Shown: positions 54,105-64,000, counted from the first letter of the stretch. The stretch: 64,000 nucleotides of DNA from an uncultured Gammaproteobacteria bacterium (GCA_964394405.1 CAYMVY010000001.1:166546-230545); one strand, 5' to 3'. Notes: generated by a model from the letters alone, not told the origin. Translations and numbers: made by a program.

Positions 54105-56789
54105 CTACTTCATTTCTCCCCACCGATCTCCAATTTCTACTCCCACCTCAATTGGCACTCTAAGTTTTGCAACATTTTGCATTTCATTTTTTACAATCTC
54201 CGCAACTGCTTCTGCATATTTTTCTTCAACCTCAAGGACTAATTCATCATGTATCTGTAAGGTCATTCGAGTATGGGTATCAAGCATTTTTTCTTTTTTG
54301 AGTGCGTGGTAGACTGCAATCATGGCCATTTTCATAAGATCCGCCGCAGTTCCCTGAATTGGCATATTGATTGCCATACGTTCGCCTGCAGCAGCAATTT
54401 GTCTATTGGGTGATTGTAATTCAGGTACATATCGTTTGCGTCCAAATAGTGTTTCTACATATCCAGTTTTTTTTGCTTCTTCGAGTGTGCTATCCAAATA
54501 TGCTTTTACACCAGAAAATGTTTCAAAATATTTTTTTATAAAATCTTTTGCTTCAAATTGACTTATACCAGTTCGAGAAGCTAGGCCAAAGGCACCCATA
54601 CCGTATAAGACTCCGAAGTTAACTTCTTTTGCTGATCTTCGAATGTCTTTGGTAACTTTATCCAGTGGAATATTGTGAATTGCAGCTGCGGTAGCTGTAT
54701 GAATATCCTCACCTTTTTTGAAGATTTCAATCATTTTTTCATCTTCAGCGAGGGATGCTACAATACGCAATTCAATTTGAGAATAATCAGCTGAAATCAG
54801 TTTATTTCCCTTATCTGCAATAAAGGCTTTACGTACATCTTTCCCAAGCTCAGTTCGTATTGGAATATTTTGTAAATTCGGGTCAATACTTGAAAGTCGT
54901 CCAGTTGCAGCAATTGCTTGATTGAAGGTCGTATGGATTCTCCCCGTTTTCGAATTAATCAAAGTAGGTAATACATCAATATAGGTATTTCGAAGCTTTT
55001 CTACTTCACGGTATTCTTCAATAAAAGGGATAATAGTATGCAGTTCTCTCAGTTTTTCAAGTTCGCTCGCTGCGGTCGAGTATCCAGTTTTACCTTTTTT
55101 GATCATGTCAGTCGGGAGCCCTAGATCTACAAAAAGAATGTCTCTCAATTGAGTTGAGGAAGATACATTGAACTCTTTTCCTGCTTCTTTCCAGATTTTC
55201 TGCTCGAGTTCTTTGATTGTTTTGGCAATTTTTTCTGATAATCTGCCCAAGAGTGGAATATCAATCGCAACCCCTGCAAGTTCCATATGCGCGAGTACGG
55301 GGATTAATGCCATTTCCACATCTTCGAATAATCCTTTTTCTGATTCACGTACTAATTGTTTTTCGTATTTCTCTTGTACCCGGAGCATGGCAGCAAGTTC
55401 GGTCGCAATAATTTGTGGGTCTATGCCAAATAATGATGACTGGTCAGTATTGGGTAATTCAATTCCCAATTCCCGAATCGCAATCGACTCCATATCATGC
55501 GCGCGAGTGCTCGAATTAAGCAGATACGACGCGATCATGACATCAAATAATTTTGCTTTAAATTCAGTTCCAGCATGCATGTACAGTTTCACCAATTGTT
55601 TCACATCATGCCCGACAATAGTTACATCTTTAGAATTAAAGGGAATTTTTTCGAGCATTGAAAATGGGATCATCCACGATGTATCCCCAATTACACACAC
55701 AATTCCAGTACAGGTTGAGGTGAGCACATTCCCATTTTCTTGCTGGAAACAAGGCCTGCACGCTACAACTTTGTATTTTTTGATGAGCGAACTTAATTCA
55801 GAAATATTTTTGGCATCAACATGTATCACTTCACCAACTTTCATTTTCTTTTCTTTCTTTTTAGAATTAGTGGTTTTTTCTTCAGTCGCTTCCGTGCCTC
55901 CTGATACACGTTTTACAAGAGAGTAAAAACCAAATTTCTTGAATAACTCAATAACATCTTCTCGTTTGTACGAAGTAGTCTCCATTTCTGGAAGCGAGTA
56001 ATCAATATTAGGAACATCAGTATCAATCGTTGCAAGTTTTTTACTCATGAGTGCTGACTCATGTCCTTCACTTAATTTCTTTTTTACACTTGCAGTAATT
56101 TTGTCACTATCTTTTCTGAGAGCATCGTAAATTTTTTCTAATGTTCCAAAATTCGTGAGTAATTCAGTTGCAGTTTTTTCTCCAATTCCTTTGACACCTG
56201 GAATATTATCAGAAGTGTCTCCGCGAAGAGATTTGTAGTCAATCATTTGTGCTGGAGAAAATCCAAATTTCTCCTGCATATGTGCTTCATTGAATAATTC
56301 AAAATCAGACATTCCTTTTTTCAATAAATACACTTCGATTTTATTATCATCAACGAGTTGAAGTAAATCTTTGTCACCAGTTACTACAATACAGGTAATA
56401 TCTTTGTGACTATCAGTAATTTTTTTTGCCAGTGTGCCGATCAGATCATCAGCCTCAAATCCTGTCTTCGTATAAATAGGTACATTAAAACCTTTCACTA
56501 GTTCATGTACGAGTGGAATCTGATCATAGAGTGCCTGATCAGTTTTTACTCGAGTAGCTTTGTATTCAGTATAGATTTCATCACGGAATGTTCCGCCGGC
56601 TACGTCAAATGTAGTCACCAGGTAGTCAGGCTTCAGATCTGCCATGACTTTGAGGAGCATGGACGCAAATCCGTAGACAGCATTAACCAGAGTTCCATCT
56701 GGAGCTGTGAGCGGGGGGAGTGCGTGGTACGCACGATGGATGATAGCGTTTCCGTCTATTATGACGACTGTTTTATTGGTTTTTGGCAT
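54105..56789 (-). CDS. polA: DNA polymerase I
   Basis: 5'-3' exonuclease domain, family A polymerase motifs (DYSQIELR, KRRSAKAINFGLIYG-like, QIHDELVLEV); start moved to MPKTNKTVVIIDGNAI. Confidence 0.9.
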   Translation of the reverse strand: MPKTNKTVVIIDGNAIIHRAYHALPPLTAPDGTLVNAVYGFASMLLKVMADLKPDYLVTTFDVAGGTFRDEIYTEYKATRVKTDQALYDQIPLVHELVKGFNVPIYTKTGFEADDLIGTLAKKITDSHKDITCIVVTGDKDLLQLVDDNKIEVYLLKKGMSDFELFNEAHMQEKFGFSPAQMIDYKSLRGDTSDNIPGVKGIGEKTATELLTNFGTLEKIYDALRKDSDKITASVKKKLSEGHESALMSKKLATIDTDVPNIDYSLPEMETTSYKREDVIELFKKFGFYSLVKRVSGGTEATEEKTTNSKKKEKKMKVGEVIHVDAKNISELSSLIKKYKVVACRPCFQQENGNVLTSTCTGIVCVIGDTSWMIPFSMLEKIPFNSKDVTIVGHDVKQLVKLYMHAGTEFKAKLFDVMIASYLLNSSTRAHDMESIAIRELGIELPNTDQSSLFGIDPQIIATELAAMLRVQEKYEKQLVRESEKGLFEDVEMALIPVLAHMELAGVAIDIPLLGRLSEKIAKTIKELEQKIWKEAGKEFNVSSSTQLRDILFVDLGLPTDMIKKGKTGYSTAASELEKLRELHTIIPFIEEYREVEKLRNTYIDVLPTLINSKTGRIHTTFNQAIAATGRLSSIDPNLQNIPIRTELGKDVRKAFIADKGNKLISADYSQIELRIVASLAEDEKMIEIFKKGEDIHTATAAAIHNIPLDKVTKDIRRSAKEVNFGVLYGMGAFGLASRTGISQFEAKDFIKKYFETFSGVKAYLDSTLEEAKKTGYVETLFGRKRYVPELQSPNRQIAAAGERMAINMPIQGTAADLMKMAMIAVYHALKKEKMLDTHTRMTLQIHDELVLEVEEKYAEAVAEIVKNEMQNVAKLRVPIEVGVEIGDRWGEMK

Positions 56790-56968
56790 AAGAATATTAG
56801 GTAGGGATAGTATAGCAGGTTTTTTGGAACACGTAACACATATCACATATCAAAAAACAAGTCTAGATTAAGTAAATTTTGCTAAATTAAGACAAAATGT
56901 TTATGAAAATAGTTGACAAATCAATCTATGTATGGTATCTGAGTTACAAACTGCCAAAGGAGGCATAC

Positions 56969-57340
56969 GTGTACAAAGTGCTGATCGTCGTAGTTCTGTG
57001 GTTGGTGGAAACAATGGCCTGTACCCCCACACAGCCACCGCAGCCATGCCCACCCCCGACACTGGAGAAGGGTCCAGAGCCAGTGGTGTCCGCGCACTTC
57101 AGGCTGGAGTTCAAGACTGTCGCAGGCGTAGAAGGTGTCAGGTTTTACGACCTACAGATGGCCACTGTGTGTCCTGGTGGAAGGACGTACGTGGCTGAAC
57201 TCGACACTCTCTACGAATCAACACAGTTTACATGGGCCGAATACAGGCGGTGGATGGAAAAAGTGGTGGCACAAGCGTGTCGTCTACCATCAGGGGCCCC
57301 CATACCACCCCTCGATAGCGGTACTGACCGGCTGCACTGA
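56969..57340 (+). CDS. small putative lipoprotein, GC-rich island gene (GTG start)
   Basis: Strong SD aaggagg 6 nt before GTG; N-terminus (M)YKVLIVVVLWLVETMAC with Cys after hydrophobic segment then Pro-rich linker; about 58% GC. Confidence 0.4.
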   Translation: MYKVLIVVVLWLVETMACTPTQPPQPCPPPTLEKGPEPVVSAHFRLEFKTVAGVEGVRFYDLQMATVCPGGRTYVAELDTLYESTQFTWAEYRRWMEKVVAQACRLPSGAPIPPLDSGTDRLH

Positions 57341-57397
57341 CGTGCTTCGCCCAATTAGACCGTTGGTCTTTATGCTCGGCAATTCGGCCGACGCAGA

Positions 57398-57440
57398 ACA
57401 AGCCCCCGCACCACAAGTGCGGGGTTCATGATTTTTATAG
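57398..57440 (+). terminator. terminator (ccccgcaccacaagtgcgggg + ttcatgattttta)
   Basis: 8-bp GC stem plus T-rich tail. Confidence 0.65.
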
Positions 57441-57453
57441 AGTAAAAGCACCT

Positions 57454-57482
57454 TTGACATTTTCCTCCTTTTCCACTATAAT
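57454..57482 (+). promoter_or_regulatory. consensus sigma-70 promoter TTGACA-17-TATAAT for tig
   Basis: Both hexamers perfect with 17-nt spacer; about 60-nt leader containing a UUCG tetraloop hairpin and a ggcaagcc motif. Confidence 0.55.
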
Positions 57483-57544
57483 CTCCAAACCCGTCTACGT
57501 CCTTCGGACTTCGCCGGGCAAGCCATTACACATAAATTACGACT

Positions 57545-58849
57545 ATGGAACACACAAGTAAAAAACTCAAAAACTCAGAAATCGAGTTGACGATTACCGT
57601 GACCCCTGCTGAATATGAAAAACATTTGCGAAAAGCAGCAGAGCGGATTTCAAATAGAACCACCATCAAAGGATTCCGCAAAGGACATGCTCCGTTTGAC
57701 ATGGTAAAGCGAGAAATCGGAGAAATGCATGTAATGAATGAAGCACTCGAGAGTATTCTCCAGGAAACATTCTATAATGCAGTCATGGAAGAAAAGCTTG
57801 ATACGATTGGAATGCCAAAAGTGAGTGTAGAAAAAATCGCTCCAGGCAATGATCTAGTCTATAAAGCTGTTGTTGCGCTCTTGCCAAAAGTTGAACTTCC
57901 AAAACTTGAAAAAATTAAGGTAGAGCACAAAGCAAAACCAGTGACTGAGTCTGATATTGACGCAGTTATCGAAAACCTTACTAAAATGCAGGCAACAGAA
58001 GTGATAAAAGAAGGTAAGGCTACTAAGGAAGATAAGGTGGTTGTCGACATGAACCTTTTTCTTGACGGAGTACCGATCGAAGGTGGCCAGGCAAAAGATT
58101 ACCAGGTGTATCTCTCAGAAAATCAACACATTCCTGGATTCAATGATGCACTTGTAGGTGTTTCAAAAGATGAAGAAAAAGAATTTGATATTCCATTTCC
58201 AAAAGACTATTACAACAAAATGCTTGCAGGAAACACGGGCCATTTTAAGATCAAAGTAAAAGAAGTATATACCCGTGTGTTCCCAGAAGTGAATGATGAG
58301 TTTGCAAAAAAAGTAGGACAAGAAAGTGTGATCAAACTCCGTGAGTTGTTGCAGCACAATATGGAGCATGAAGCGCTTCATAAAGCTGATGAAGTAGCTG
58401 AGATTGAAATGTTTGATACATTAATCGACAAATCAAAGTTCGATAGTATTCCAGAAGTATTGATTGATGCCGAGCGAAAGAAAATGTTCTATGAATTAAA
58501 ACGTGATCTTGAGAAAAATGGAATCACGATTGATCAATATCTTGCAGATTTGAAAAAGAGTGAAGAAGATATTCAGAAAGATTTTACTGAACAAGCAGAG
58601 AAACGAGCAAAAGCAGCGCTCGTGTCTCGGCAGATTGCAAAAGATGAAAGTATCACCGTAGATGATCAGGAACTCAAAGCAGAAATTGAAAAAATGAAAA
58701 AAGAGTATAAAGATCATCCAGAATATCTCGAGAATCTAAATAAAGCAGAAGTACAAGACTCAGTTCGAACGTACTTGGTAAATCGAAAAGTGATCAATTT
58801 CCTGCATGAGAAAATTCTCACTGGTAGACCAGAACACAAGCACGAATAA
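57545..58849 (+). CDS. tig: trigger factor
   Basis: 434 aa; N-terminal ribosome-binding motif region GFRKGHAP, PPIase and C-terminal arm domains. Confidence 0.9.
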   Translation: MEHTSKKLKNSEIELTITVTPAEYEKHLRKAAERISNRTTIKGFRKGHAPFDMVKREIGEMHVMNEALESILQETFYNAVMEEKLDTIGMPKVSVEKIAPGNDLVYKAVVALLPKVELPKLEKIKVEHKAKPVTESDIDAVIENLTKMQATEVIKEGKATKEDKVVVDMNLFLDGVPIEGGQAKDYQVYLSENQHIPGFNDALVGVSKDEEKEFDIPFPKDYYNKMLAGNTGHFKIKVKEVYTRVFPEVNDEFAKKVGQESVIKLRELLQHNMEHEALHKADEVAEIEMFDTLIDKSKFDSIPEVLIDAERKKMFYELKRDLEKNGITIDQYLADLKKSEEDIQKDFTEQAEKRAKAALVSRQIAKDESITVDDQELKAEIEKMKKEYKDHPEYLENLNKAEVQDSVRTYLVNRKVINFLHEKILTGRPEHKHE

Positions 58850-58852
58850 AAT

Positions 58853-58888
58853 AAAAAACAGATGGCGAGAGCTATCTGTTTTTTTATA
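58853..58888 (+). terminator. terminator (aacagatggcgagagctatctgtt + T7)
   Basis: 8-bp stem plus T-run. Confidence 0.7.
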
Positions 58889-58966
58889 GTAAGTTCATGG
58901 AACACAGATTTAAATCCTGGATTATCCTGGCAATCATGGTAATCTGTGTACTATTATTTTAGACAT

Positions 58967-59188
58967 ATGCATCTCACTATTACCGTAAAACCACGGTCAT
59001 CAAAAACAGAGGTAATAAAAATATCAGAAACAGAATATCAAGTTCGTCTCACTGCATCGCCAGTCGATGGGGAGGCAAATGAGCAACTTATTAAAATTTT
59101 AAGTGAGTATTTTAGTGTTGCAAAATCAAATATTTCAATTCGCAAAGGAAAAAAAGGAAAGAAGAAAATTATTGAAGTAAATCAATAA
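58967..59188 (+). CDS. DUF167/YggU-family protein
   Basis: …[10 protein letters not shown]…[36 protein letters not shown] matches DUF167. Confidence 0.6.
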   Translation: MHLTITVKPRSSKTEVIKISETEYQVRLTASPVDGEANEQLIKILSEYFSVAKSNISIRKGKKGKKKIIEVNQ

Positions 59189-59194
59189 ACAAAA

Positions 59195-59262
59195 CGCCGC
59201 CACATCTCCTTTGCTGCTCCGAAGTATTTCGGCCCAGCAAAGGCATGTGGCGGTGAATGGTA
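59195..59262. terminator. long near-perfect hairpin (ccgccacatctcctttgctgctccgaag-tatt-tcggcccagcaaaggcatgtggcgg), bidirectional terminator at a GC-island edge
   Basis: About 28-bp interrupted stem read directly. Confidence 0.55.
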
Positions 59263-59312
59263 GTGTTCGCTCGTAGGTTGTGTGTCGACCGCGACATGCC
59301 AGAAACGAATCT

Positions 59313-59678
59313 TCATGGTCTCGAGACATGGCTTGCCAGAGGGTCAGAGTCGAGGAAGCGCCAGTCGTGGCAGTGGTTCTGGTGGTCGCCATAGACAGCA
59401 ACGGGCCGATCGCGTACGAACTCCTTCATCCGAGGGCAGTCGGTGAACCAATACACCTCGTGGATGTCGAAGTTCGTGATGAAGATGGTGCGCACGCCGG
59501 GGAAGAATGGGTATCCGATGGCAGGTCGCCGACTCAGTTCATCCAGAGCAACATGTTGCTGCTCTGCACTCACGATGAGTAGACTCCCGAACACCGTGAT
59601 CAGGGAGATCATCCAGATGATGGCCTTATTTCGAAGCCTCCTGAGTTTTGTTTGGGCGATGTCGATGTGTACAGTCAT
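59313..59678 (-). CDS. signal-anchored hypothetical protein, GC-rich island gene
   Basis: MTVHIDIAQTKLRRLRNKAIIWMISLITVFGSLLIV… with SD gagg upstream; antisense ORF 59280..59582 also open. Confidence 0.3.
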   Translation of the reverse strand: MTVHIDIAQTKLRRLRNKAIIWMISLITVFGSLLIVSAEQQHVALDELSRRPAIGYPFFPGVRTIFITNFDIHEVYWFTDCPRMKEFVRDRPVAVYGDHQNHCHDWRFLDSDPLASHVSRP

Positions 59679-59768
59679 GGTGGACCTCTGTGGTACAAAA
59701 GAGCGAACACTAGTATCTAGTATTCTCAAAAAGGTTGAATGTTGTCAAGAAAATTTAAATAGACAAGT

Positions 59769-60896
59769 TTATTGTGCATGCCTAAATTTCCAAATTTCTC
59801 GTCCGACGTATTGGTTATCCCGAGAATAGAGAAGCGAAGTATGTTTTTCTGAAAAAGGGATGATGGTGAATCCAAGTTTTTCTATTTCTATATGCGCATT
59901 AGTCTTCACCCATTCTTTCCCTGTCTTGAAAATAGGAATGATAAAAATAATAACTCCATCAGGCGCAAGGATTGTTTTGAATACTTCAAAACTTTTCACA
60001 TATAATTCTCGGAGTTCTCGCGCCTGGGTTTCGAGGGTAATTTTGCTCTCGTGCCCCCGCAAGGGTTGGCCCATATAAGGCTCGGAAATAATCGCATCAA
60101 TACTTCCTGCAGGAAATACACGACCAAGGTTGGTAGCTGATACGAGGTGGACAGAGGTTTCAACTGTATTTCCAGGAAATTCTTTGAGAAACCAATTGAT
60201 ATTTTCAACAGAATCTTCGACAGCTTTTTCTGAGTTATCTGATCCCGTCACTTGGGTATATCCGAGTGACAATGCCTCGACAAGTACAGTCCCCGAACCG
60301 CAGAATGGATCGAGTATGTGAGAATCGAGTGACATCTCAGAGAGGTTTACCATAATTCTTGCAAGTTTGGGTGGGAGCATACCACTCTTGCTATCAATTC
60401 GTGGACGTTGGTAATCACGAGTGGAAAATGACTCAATGTCCTGAACTGCTAGGGTGACAAACCAGTCAGAACCAATTTTGGAAATATCACTTTTTCGTTC
60501 TACTAGATTATTATGTATGATGGTTGCAGCATTTTTTGACTCGATATATCTCACTGATCGTCCACGGGATTTAAGTTGTTTTTTGACCTCTAATGCAAGA
60601 GACTTTGTACTCGCCCCTGAGAGGGAAAAATGAATTTTACCTTCTGTTGTTTTTTCGAGATGATCAACGATAGTTGCGACATCTCCTCCCTTTTTTTCAA
60701 GAGCCTCTGCAATTTTGATAGTGCCCCCGAGAATTTTCATTAAGTCAGATGCAGGTAAATCATGTGAATATTCGATAATAAAATGTGAATCAGTTGATTT
60801 TATTTCTTGGTAGGAAAACACAAGACGCCGAAGCACAGATACTATCTCAGCTCGCGAGACATGCGGCTGATGTCCAAGCTCGAATGCATATATCAT
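59769..60896 (-). CDS. THUMP-domain RNA (guanine-N2) methyltransferase, UPF0020 family
   Basis: SAM-binding LDPFCGSGTVLVEA and motif IV-like DAIISEPYMG; N-terminal THUMP-like region. Confidence 0.65.
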   Translation of the reverse strand: MIYAFELGHQPHVSRAEIVSVLRRLVFSYQEIKSTDSHFIIEYSHDLPASDLMKILGGTIKIAEALEKKGGDVATIVDHLEKTTEGKIHFSLSGASTKSLALEVKKQLKSRGRSVRYIESKNAATIIHNNLVERKSDISKIGSDWFVTLAVQDIESFSTRDYQRPRIDSKSGMLPPKLARIMVNLSEMSLDSHILDPFCGSGTVLVEALSLGYTQVTGSDNSEKAVEDSVENINWFLKEFPGNTVETSVHLVSATNLGRVFPAGSIDAIISEPYMGQPLRGHESKITLETQARELRELYVKSFEVFKTILAPDGVIIFIIPIFKTGKEWVKTNAHIEIEKLGFTIIPFSEKHTSLLYSRDNQYVGREIWKFRHAQ

Positions 60897-61285
60897 AATT
60901 GTGTGGATGAAGGAGAAAGAGAATCGGAAGATTGGGTGGAAGAGGTACTGATAGCCATGTTCTCAGTTGAGGTGATAGATCGGTTATAAAAAGCATCTCT
61001 AGTGAGAGGGGGTAGAGTGAATGTCCGTTTTTTCTCATCGATACTCATAACTTGCTCAAATAGGGAAAAATCAAGAGGTGCGACTTTGCGCATGACAGTC
61101 TCAACTCCAAGCGGGTTTTCATAAAGTGCGATGCGATTGGACATGGTGTATACGACCCAGGTCGCATAGGCACTAAGTAACAGACAGATTATTCCCACAA
61201 TAACTGTGATCATTTTTAGGATGAAGACATTTGCGTATTCTGGGGGTATTGGATTGTGAATTTTTTTTGGTACAAGGTTCGCCAT
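60893..61285 (-). CDS. membrane protein in the pilus cluster, hypothetical (PilP-position)
   Basis: One TM helix then Ser/Thr-rich tail; start uncertain. Confidence 0.3.
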   Translation of the reverse strand: MANLVPKKIHNPIPPEYANVFILKMITVIVGIICLLLSAYATWVVYTMSNRIALYENPLGVETVMRKVAPLDFSLFEQVMSIDEKKRTFTLPPLTRDAFYNRSITSTENMAISTSSTQSSDSLSPSSTQL

Positions 61286-61289
61286 ATTT

Positions 61290-61844
61290 TTATAATTCAG
61301 AAGAGCTGTTAAGAGCCGCACTGAAACTAATGGTAACCATATTCTCACCTAGTTTTGGTGATTTTTCAATGGTAACGCGTCTGATATCTAGATAAAAAGG
61401 GAGTTTTTCGAGCTCTGCAAAGTATGCCCGAACCTGTTCGAGTAATCCTGCAGCGGTAAAACTAAATAAATAATAACCCGGGAATTCACTCGTGTCAGTA
61501 TGCGCTCGATATGATACCGACAAAACTTGATCAACTCCATGTTTATAAGCGATTGCTTCAACTTCCTCAATCAATTCTTCTTCCTCGTGCTTAGTTGCAG
61601 CTATGCTAGTCACCGTATCAAGACTTTTTTTGATAGTGCCAATTTCGGTGAGTGATCGACGGAGCAGTCGAATTCGCTCAAATTCATCATTTTCAGACTG
61701 AACATGTTTGGACATAGCGTTGCTCACTTCGGTAATCGATCTGAGAGAAGGTACTATGACTAAAAAGATGATACCAATACTACATACAATAAAGATAAGT
61801 ATAGTGATCGTTAATTTGTGGGTGATCGTTAATCGCATAGGCAT
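61290..61844 (-). CDS. pilO: type IV pilus assembly protein PilO-like
   Basis: N-terminal TM, coiled coil, C-terminal ferredoxin-like region; position after pilN. Confidence 0.5.
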   Translation of the reverse strand: MPMRLTITHKLTITILIFIVCSIGIIFLVIVPSLRSITEVSNAMSKHVQSENDEFERIRLLRRSLTEIGTIKKSLDTVTSIAATKHEEEELIEEVEAIAYKHGVDQVLSVSYRAHTDTSEFPGYYLFSFTAAGLLEQVRAYFAELEKLPFYLDIRRVTIEKSPKLGENMVTISFSAALNSSSEL

Positions 61845-62374
61845 TATTTTAATATCGCATCAACAGTAAAAGGAATATCTTCTTTTCGGGTAAGTTCACC
61901 GAGGGGAATTCTCACAGACTCAAGCGAGGGGAGTGCTTTTAATCTTTGTTCACACAATGCAAGAGCTTCACGTGTTTTTGCAATACCAGCAATCGCCAAT
62001 GCTTTTGCCTCTCGATCAAAAATAAGTGAATGAATTTCTGTGTCTGCGGGTAGTACTGAAAGTATCTCATCAATGAGGGGAGACCATAAGGTGAATTCTT
62101 GTTGAACCTGGTCAATTTTTTTGAGTTTTTTATTCGCCTCCTCAATGTATGTGATATCCACGTGATATGATACATGTCCTGAGGGGGTACTGTAGGTAAA
62201 TGCAGACTGATAATCAATGAAATAATTTTTTGAAACAGCAAGAAGTGCGGCAAGAATTGAAACTAGGGAAAATATAATTGCGCAAGCGCCTTTAAGATAG
62301 GTAAAAAGAGTGAGCCGTTTAAGGTGCGTTTTTTTTGACTTGGATAATACATTGATTCTAATTGGGAACATCAT
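61844..62374 (-). CDS. pilN: type IV pilus assembly protein PilN-like
   Basis: Short cytoplasmic N-terminus, single TM, periplasmic domain; immediately downstream of pilM. Confidence 0.5.
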   Translation of the reverse strand: MMFPIRINVLSKSKKTHLKRLTLFTYLKGACAIIFSLVSILAALLAVSKNYFIDYQSAFTYSTPSGHVSYHVDITYIEEANKKLKKIDQVQQEFTLWSPLIDEILSVLPADTEIHSLIFDREAKALAIAGIAKTREALALCEQRLKALPSLESVRIPLGELTRKEDIPFTVDAILK

Positions 62375-62378
62375 AGTA

Positions 62379-63485
62379 TTAGATAGTATCGCGCGTATTA
62401 AACGGATTATCAGCTGCTCTAAGGGCAAGTCCGATAGCTGTTGCATATGACAGTGCGACAGCATTGTCGATTGTTACTTCCTTTGGATCAATGCCAAGAT
62501 TTTTCCACACATTACCCTTAACACACTCAACCCCGAGCATTTCACCAAGAACAGTATCAAGATGTTTGAGATTACAGGTACCGCCACATAGAACAATTCG
62601 AGTTATTCGATTTGCCGCATTATTATGTCCATAATACGAGGAGAATGTACGCTCAAGTTGATGTGCAAATTCTTTTACATGTTTGAGGAGTGCGGTTGAA
62701 ACTTTTTTATCTTTTCCGATTTCAAGTCCAGTTTCTTTTTTTGCTTTTTCAGCATCTGGAATTGATAAATGAGCTTCTTTTGAAAGCGCTATCGTGAGTA
62801 ATTCTCCTGAAAATGGGAGTACGGTACTAAACTGTATCACGTCACGATCATAGATGATAACTTGTGTCCGAGTTGAACCAATGTCGATGATTGCACGTGC
62901 TTCTGCCTTATACTCTTTGTGTGCAGTCACCATAGAGCGAGCAATGGCGACTTCTTCAATTTCAAGTGCCATAACTCCGAGTCCAAGACTTTCAAGTAGG
63001 TAGGTGTAGCTGTCACCAATTCTTTTTGAAGTTGCACCCACGAGTACCTGTATATTAGTATCAGTGCTATTTGGCTGCACAATATGCCAATCAATTGAGT
63101 AGAGGTTCAAATCATCGACAGGTAAAAATTTTGATATATAAGGTGTGGGATCAAAATTTTCCACATCCCCCATTTGAGATTCAGGGATTGAGATAAGTTT
63201 AAGGAAGCTGTGATTCTCGGGGACTGAAGCCACTACCCATGGGCTTTTGATTGGGTGTTCACCTTTTTTTGCACCTTTGAGTAATTTTTCAATTTCCTTG
63301 CGGACCAGTTCAGGCTGTTCGATAACCCCATTTACTACCAATCCTGGCGCAAGAAAACAGGCGCGCATAGCGATAGGTTCAAATGTGGTACTGCGGATTT
63401 TTTCACGATTTTTAAGCTGCACCAGTTTGACAGACCGGTCTCCAATATCGATACCAAACGCATGTGGAAAAGGATGGGTAAGCAT
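62379..63485 (-). CDS. pilM: type IV pilus assembly ATPase-fold protein PilM
   Basis: Actin-like fold motifs (FGIDIGDRSVKLV; IDIGSTRTQVII; VLCGGTCNLKHL). Confidence 0.8.
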   Translation of the reverse strand: MLTHPFPHAFGIDIGDRSVKLVQLKNREKIRSTTFEPIAMRACFLAPGLVVNGVIEQPELVRKEIEKLLKGAKKGEHPIKSPWVVASVPENHSFLKLISIPESQMGDVENFDPTPYISKFLPVDDLNLYSIDWHIVQPNSTDTNIQVLVGATSKRIGDSYTYLLESLGLGVMALEIEEVAIARSMVTAHKEYKAEARAIIDIGSTRTQVIIYDRDVIQFSTVLPFSGELLTIALSKEAHLSIPDAEKAKKETGLEIGKDKKVSTALLKHVKEFAHQLERTFSSYYGHNNAANRITRIVLCGGTCNLKHLDTVLGEMLGVECVKGNVWKNLGIDPKEVTIDNAVALSYATAIGLALRAADNPFNTRDTI

Positions 63486-63494
63486 GTATGATCT

Positions 63495-64000
63495 TTAAAA
63501 TGCTTGAGTAAGTGAATACATGGGCATGATAATTGAGACGGCAATTCCTGCAACACCGACACCAAGGAGGATGATAATAACCGGCTCAATGATAGTTGAA
63601 AAATTTTTCATGGTTTTATCCACCTCATCAGAATAAAAAGATGCAAGTTCTTGGAGTAATCGGTCAATTTCACCGGTTTTTTCTCCCACCATAATCATTT
63701 CAGTAACCATGGGTGGAAATAACTTTGGATTTTTCGATAAAATGTCGGATAATTGTTCACCTTTTGAGAGAGTGTCAGTTGCACTGAGTAATGCATTTTT
63801 ATAATGAACATTTTTGCACGTTTCACCAGCAATACGTACGGCCTCCACAATAGGAATAGTACTTTTGAGAAGGGAAGAAAGGGTCATGGAAAACCGAGCA
63901 AGGTTTATTTTTTTTATGATAGATCCAAAAATAGGAAGTCGGAGAAGAATACCGTGGATGAGATGTCTAAACCCTACGTTTTTTTTGAGTCCAAAAATGA
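63495..64000 (-). CDS. pilC: type IV pilus platform protein PilC/GspF, C-terminal part (gene continues beyond window end)
   Basis: T2SS-F domain; the frame stays open upstream of the annotated Met through position 64000 (…LARFSMTLSSLLKSTIPIVEA…). Confidence 0.7.
   Translation of the reverse strand, partial: IFGLKKNVGFRHLIHGILLRLPIFGSIIKKINLARFSMTLSSLLKSTIPIVEAVRIAGETCKNVHYKNALLSATDTLSKGEQLSDILSKNPKLFPPMVTEMIMVGEKTGEIDRLLQELASFYSDEVDKTMKNFSTIIEPVIIILLGVGVAGIAVSIIMPMYSLTQAF

Overview
The window reads as a low-GC (about 35-40%) small-genome bacterial chromosome segment, Patescibacteria/CPR-like in style. Most native genes lack Shine-Dalgarno sequences and there is a type IV pilus cluster. The segment contains the replication-origin gene neighbourhood: dnaN-dnaA on the minus strand facing rpmH-rnpA-yidD on the plus strand. 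Core content includes a complete thymidylate module (dut-thyA-folA-tmk). A B12-dependent class II ribonucleotide reductase (nrdJ) sits near a PduO-type cobalamin adenosyltransferase. Other housekeeping genes are gatB, miaA, ruvB, efp plus its modifier epmA, uppS, a Kef-type antiporter, PBP1A, an M23 peptidase, polA, tig, rpsT, rmuC, holA, ndh, ychF and a pilC-pilM-pilN-pilO pilus cluster. A 3-kb minus-strand gene encodes a lamin-tail-domain (LTD) repeat surface protein. Eleven tRNAs are present: Leu, Ala, Phe, Pro, Gly(GCC), fMet, Gly(TCC), Cys and Arg(CCT), plus tRNA-derived fragments.

The unusual content falls into four groups. First, at least eight short GC-rich islands (about 55-60% GC) interrupt the AT-rich backbone. 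Each is a self-contained cassette: one or two genes with a strong Shine-Dalgarno sequence and their own terminator, which the native genes lack. One island carries MopE-like Cys/Asp-rich and collagen-like secreted proteins. One sits inside the dnaA-rpmH origin interval. Two flank a tRNA-Arg(CCT) locus that carries tRNA fragment duplications. Second, two small GIY-YIG genes are interleaved with a tRNA cluster, and one is bracketed by a truncated tRNA-Ala duplicate and the intact tRNA-Ala. Third, several families of repeated non-coding elements recur. These are a 60-nt structured motif (one copy carries a 55-nt insertion), a two-hairpin motif with compensatory base changes, a G-rich REP-like hairpin with an inverted loop, and long inverted low-complexity hairpins built from 6-7 bp units. 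Fourth, a DnaA-box cluster lies 11 kb from dnaA in a 0.9-kb non-coding region. That region also holds a strong sigma-70 promoter followed by a candidate structured ncRNA of about 330 nt.
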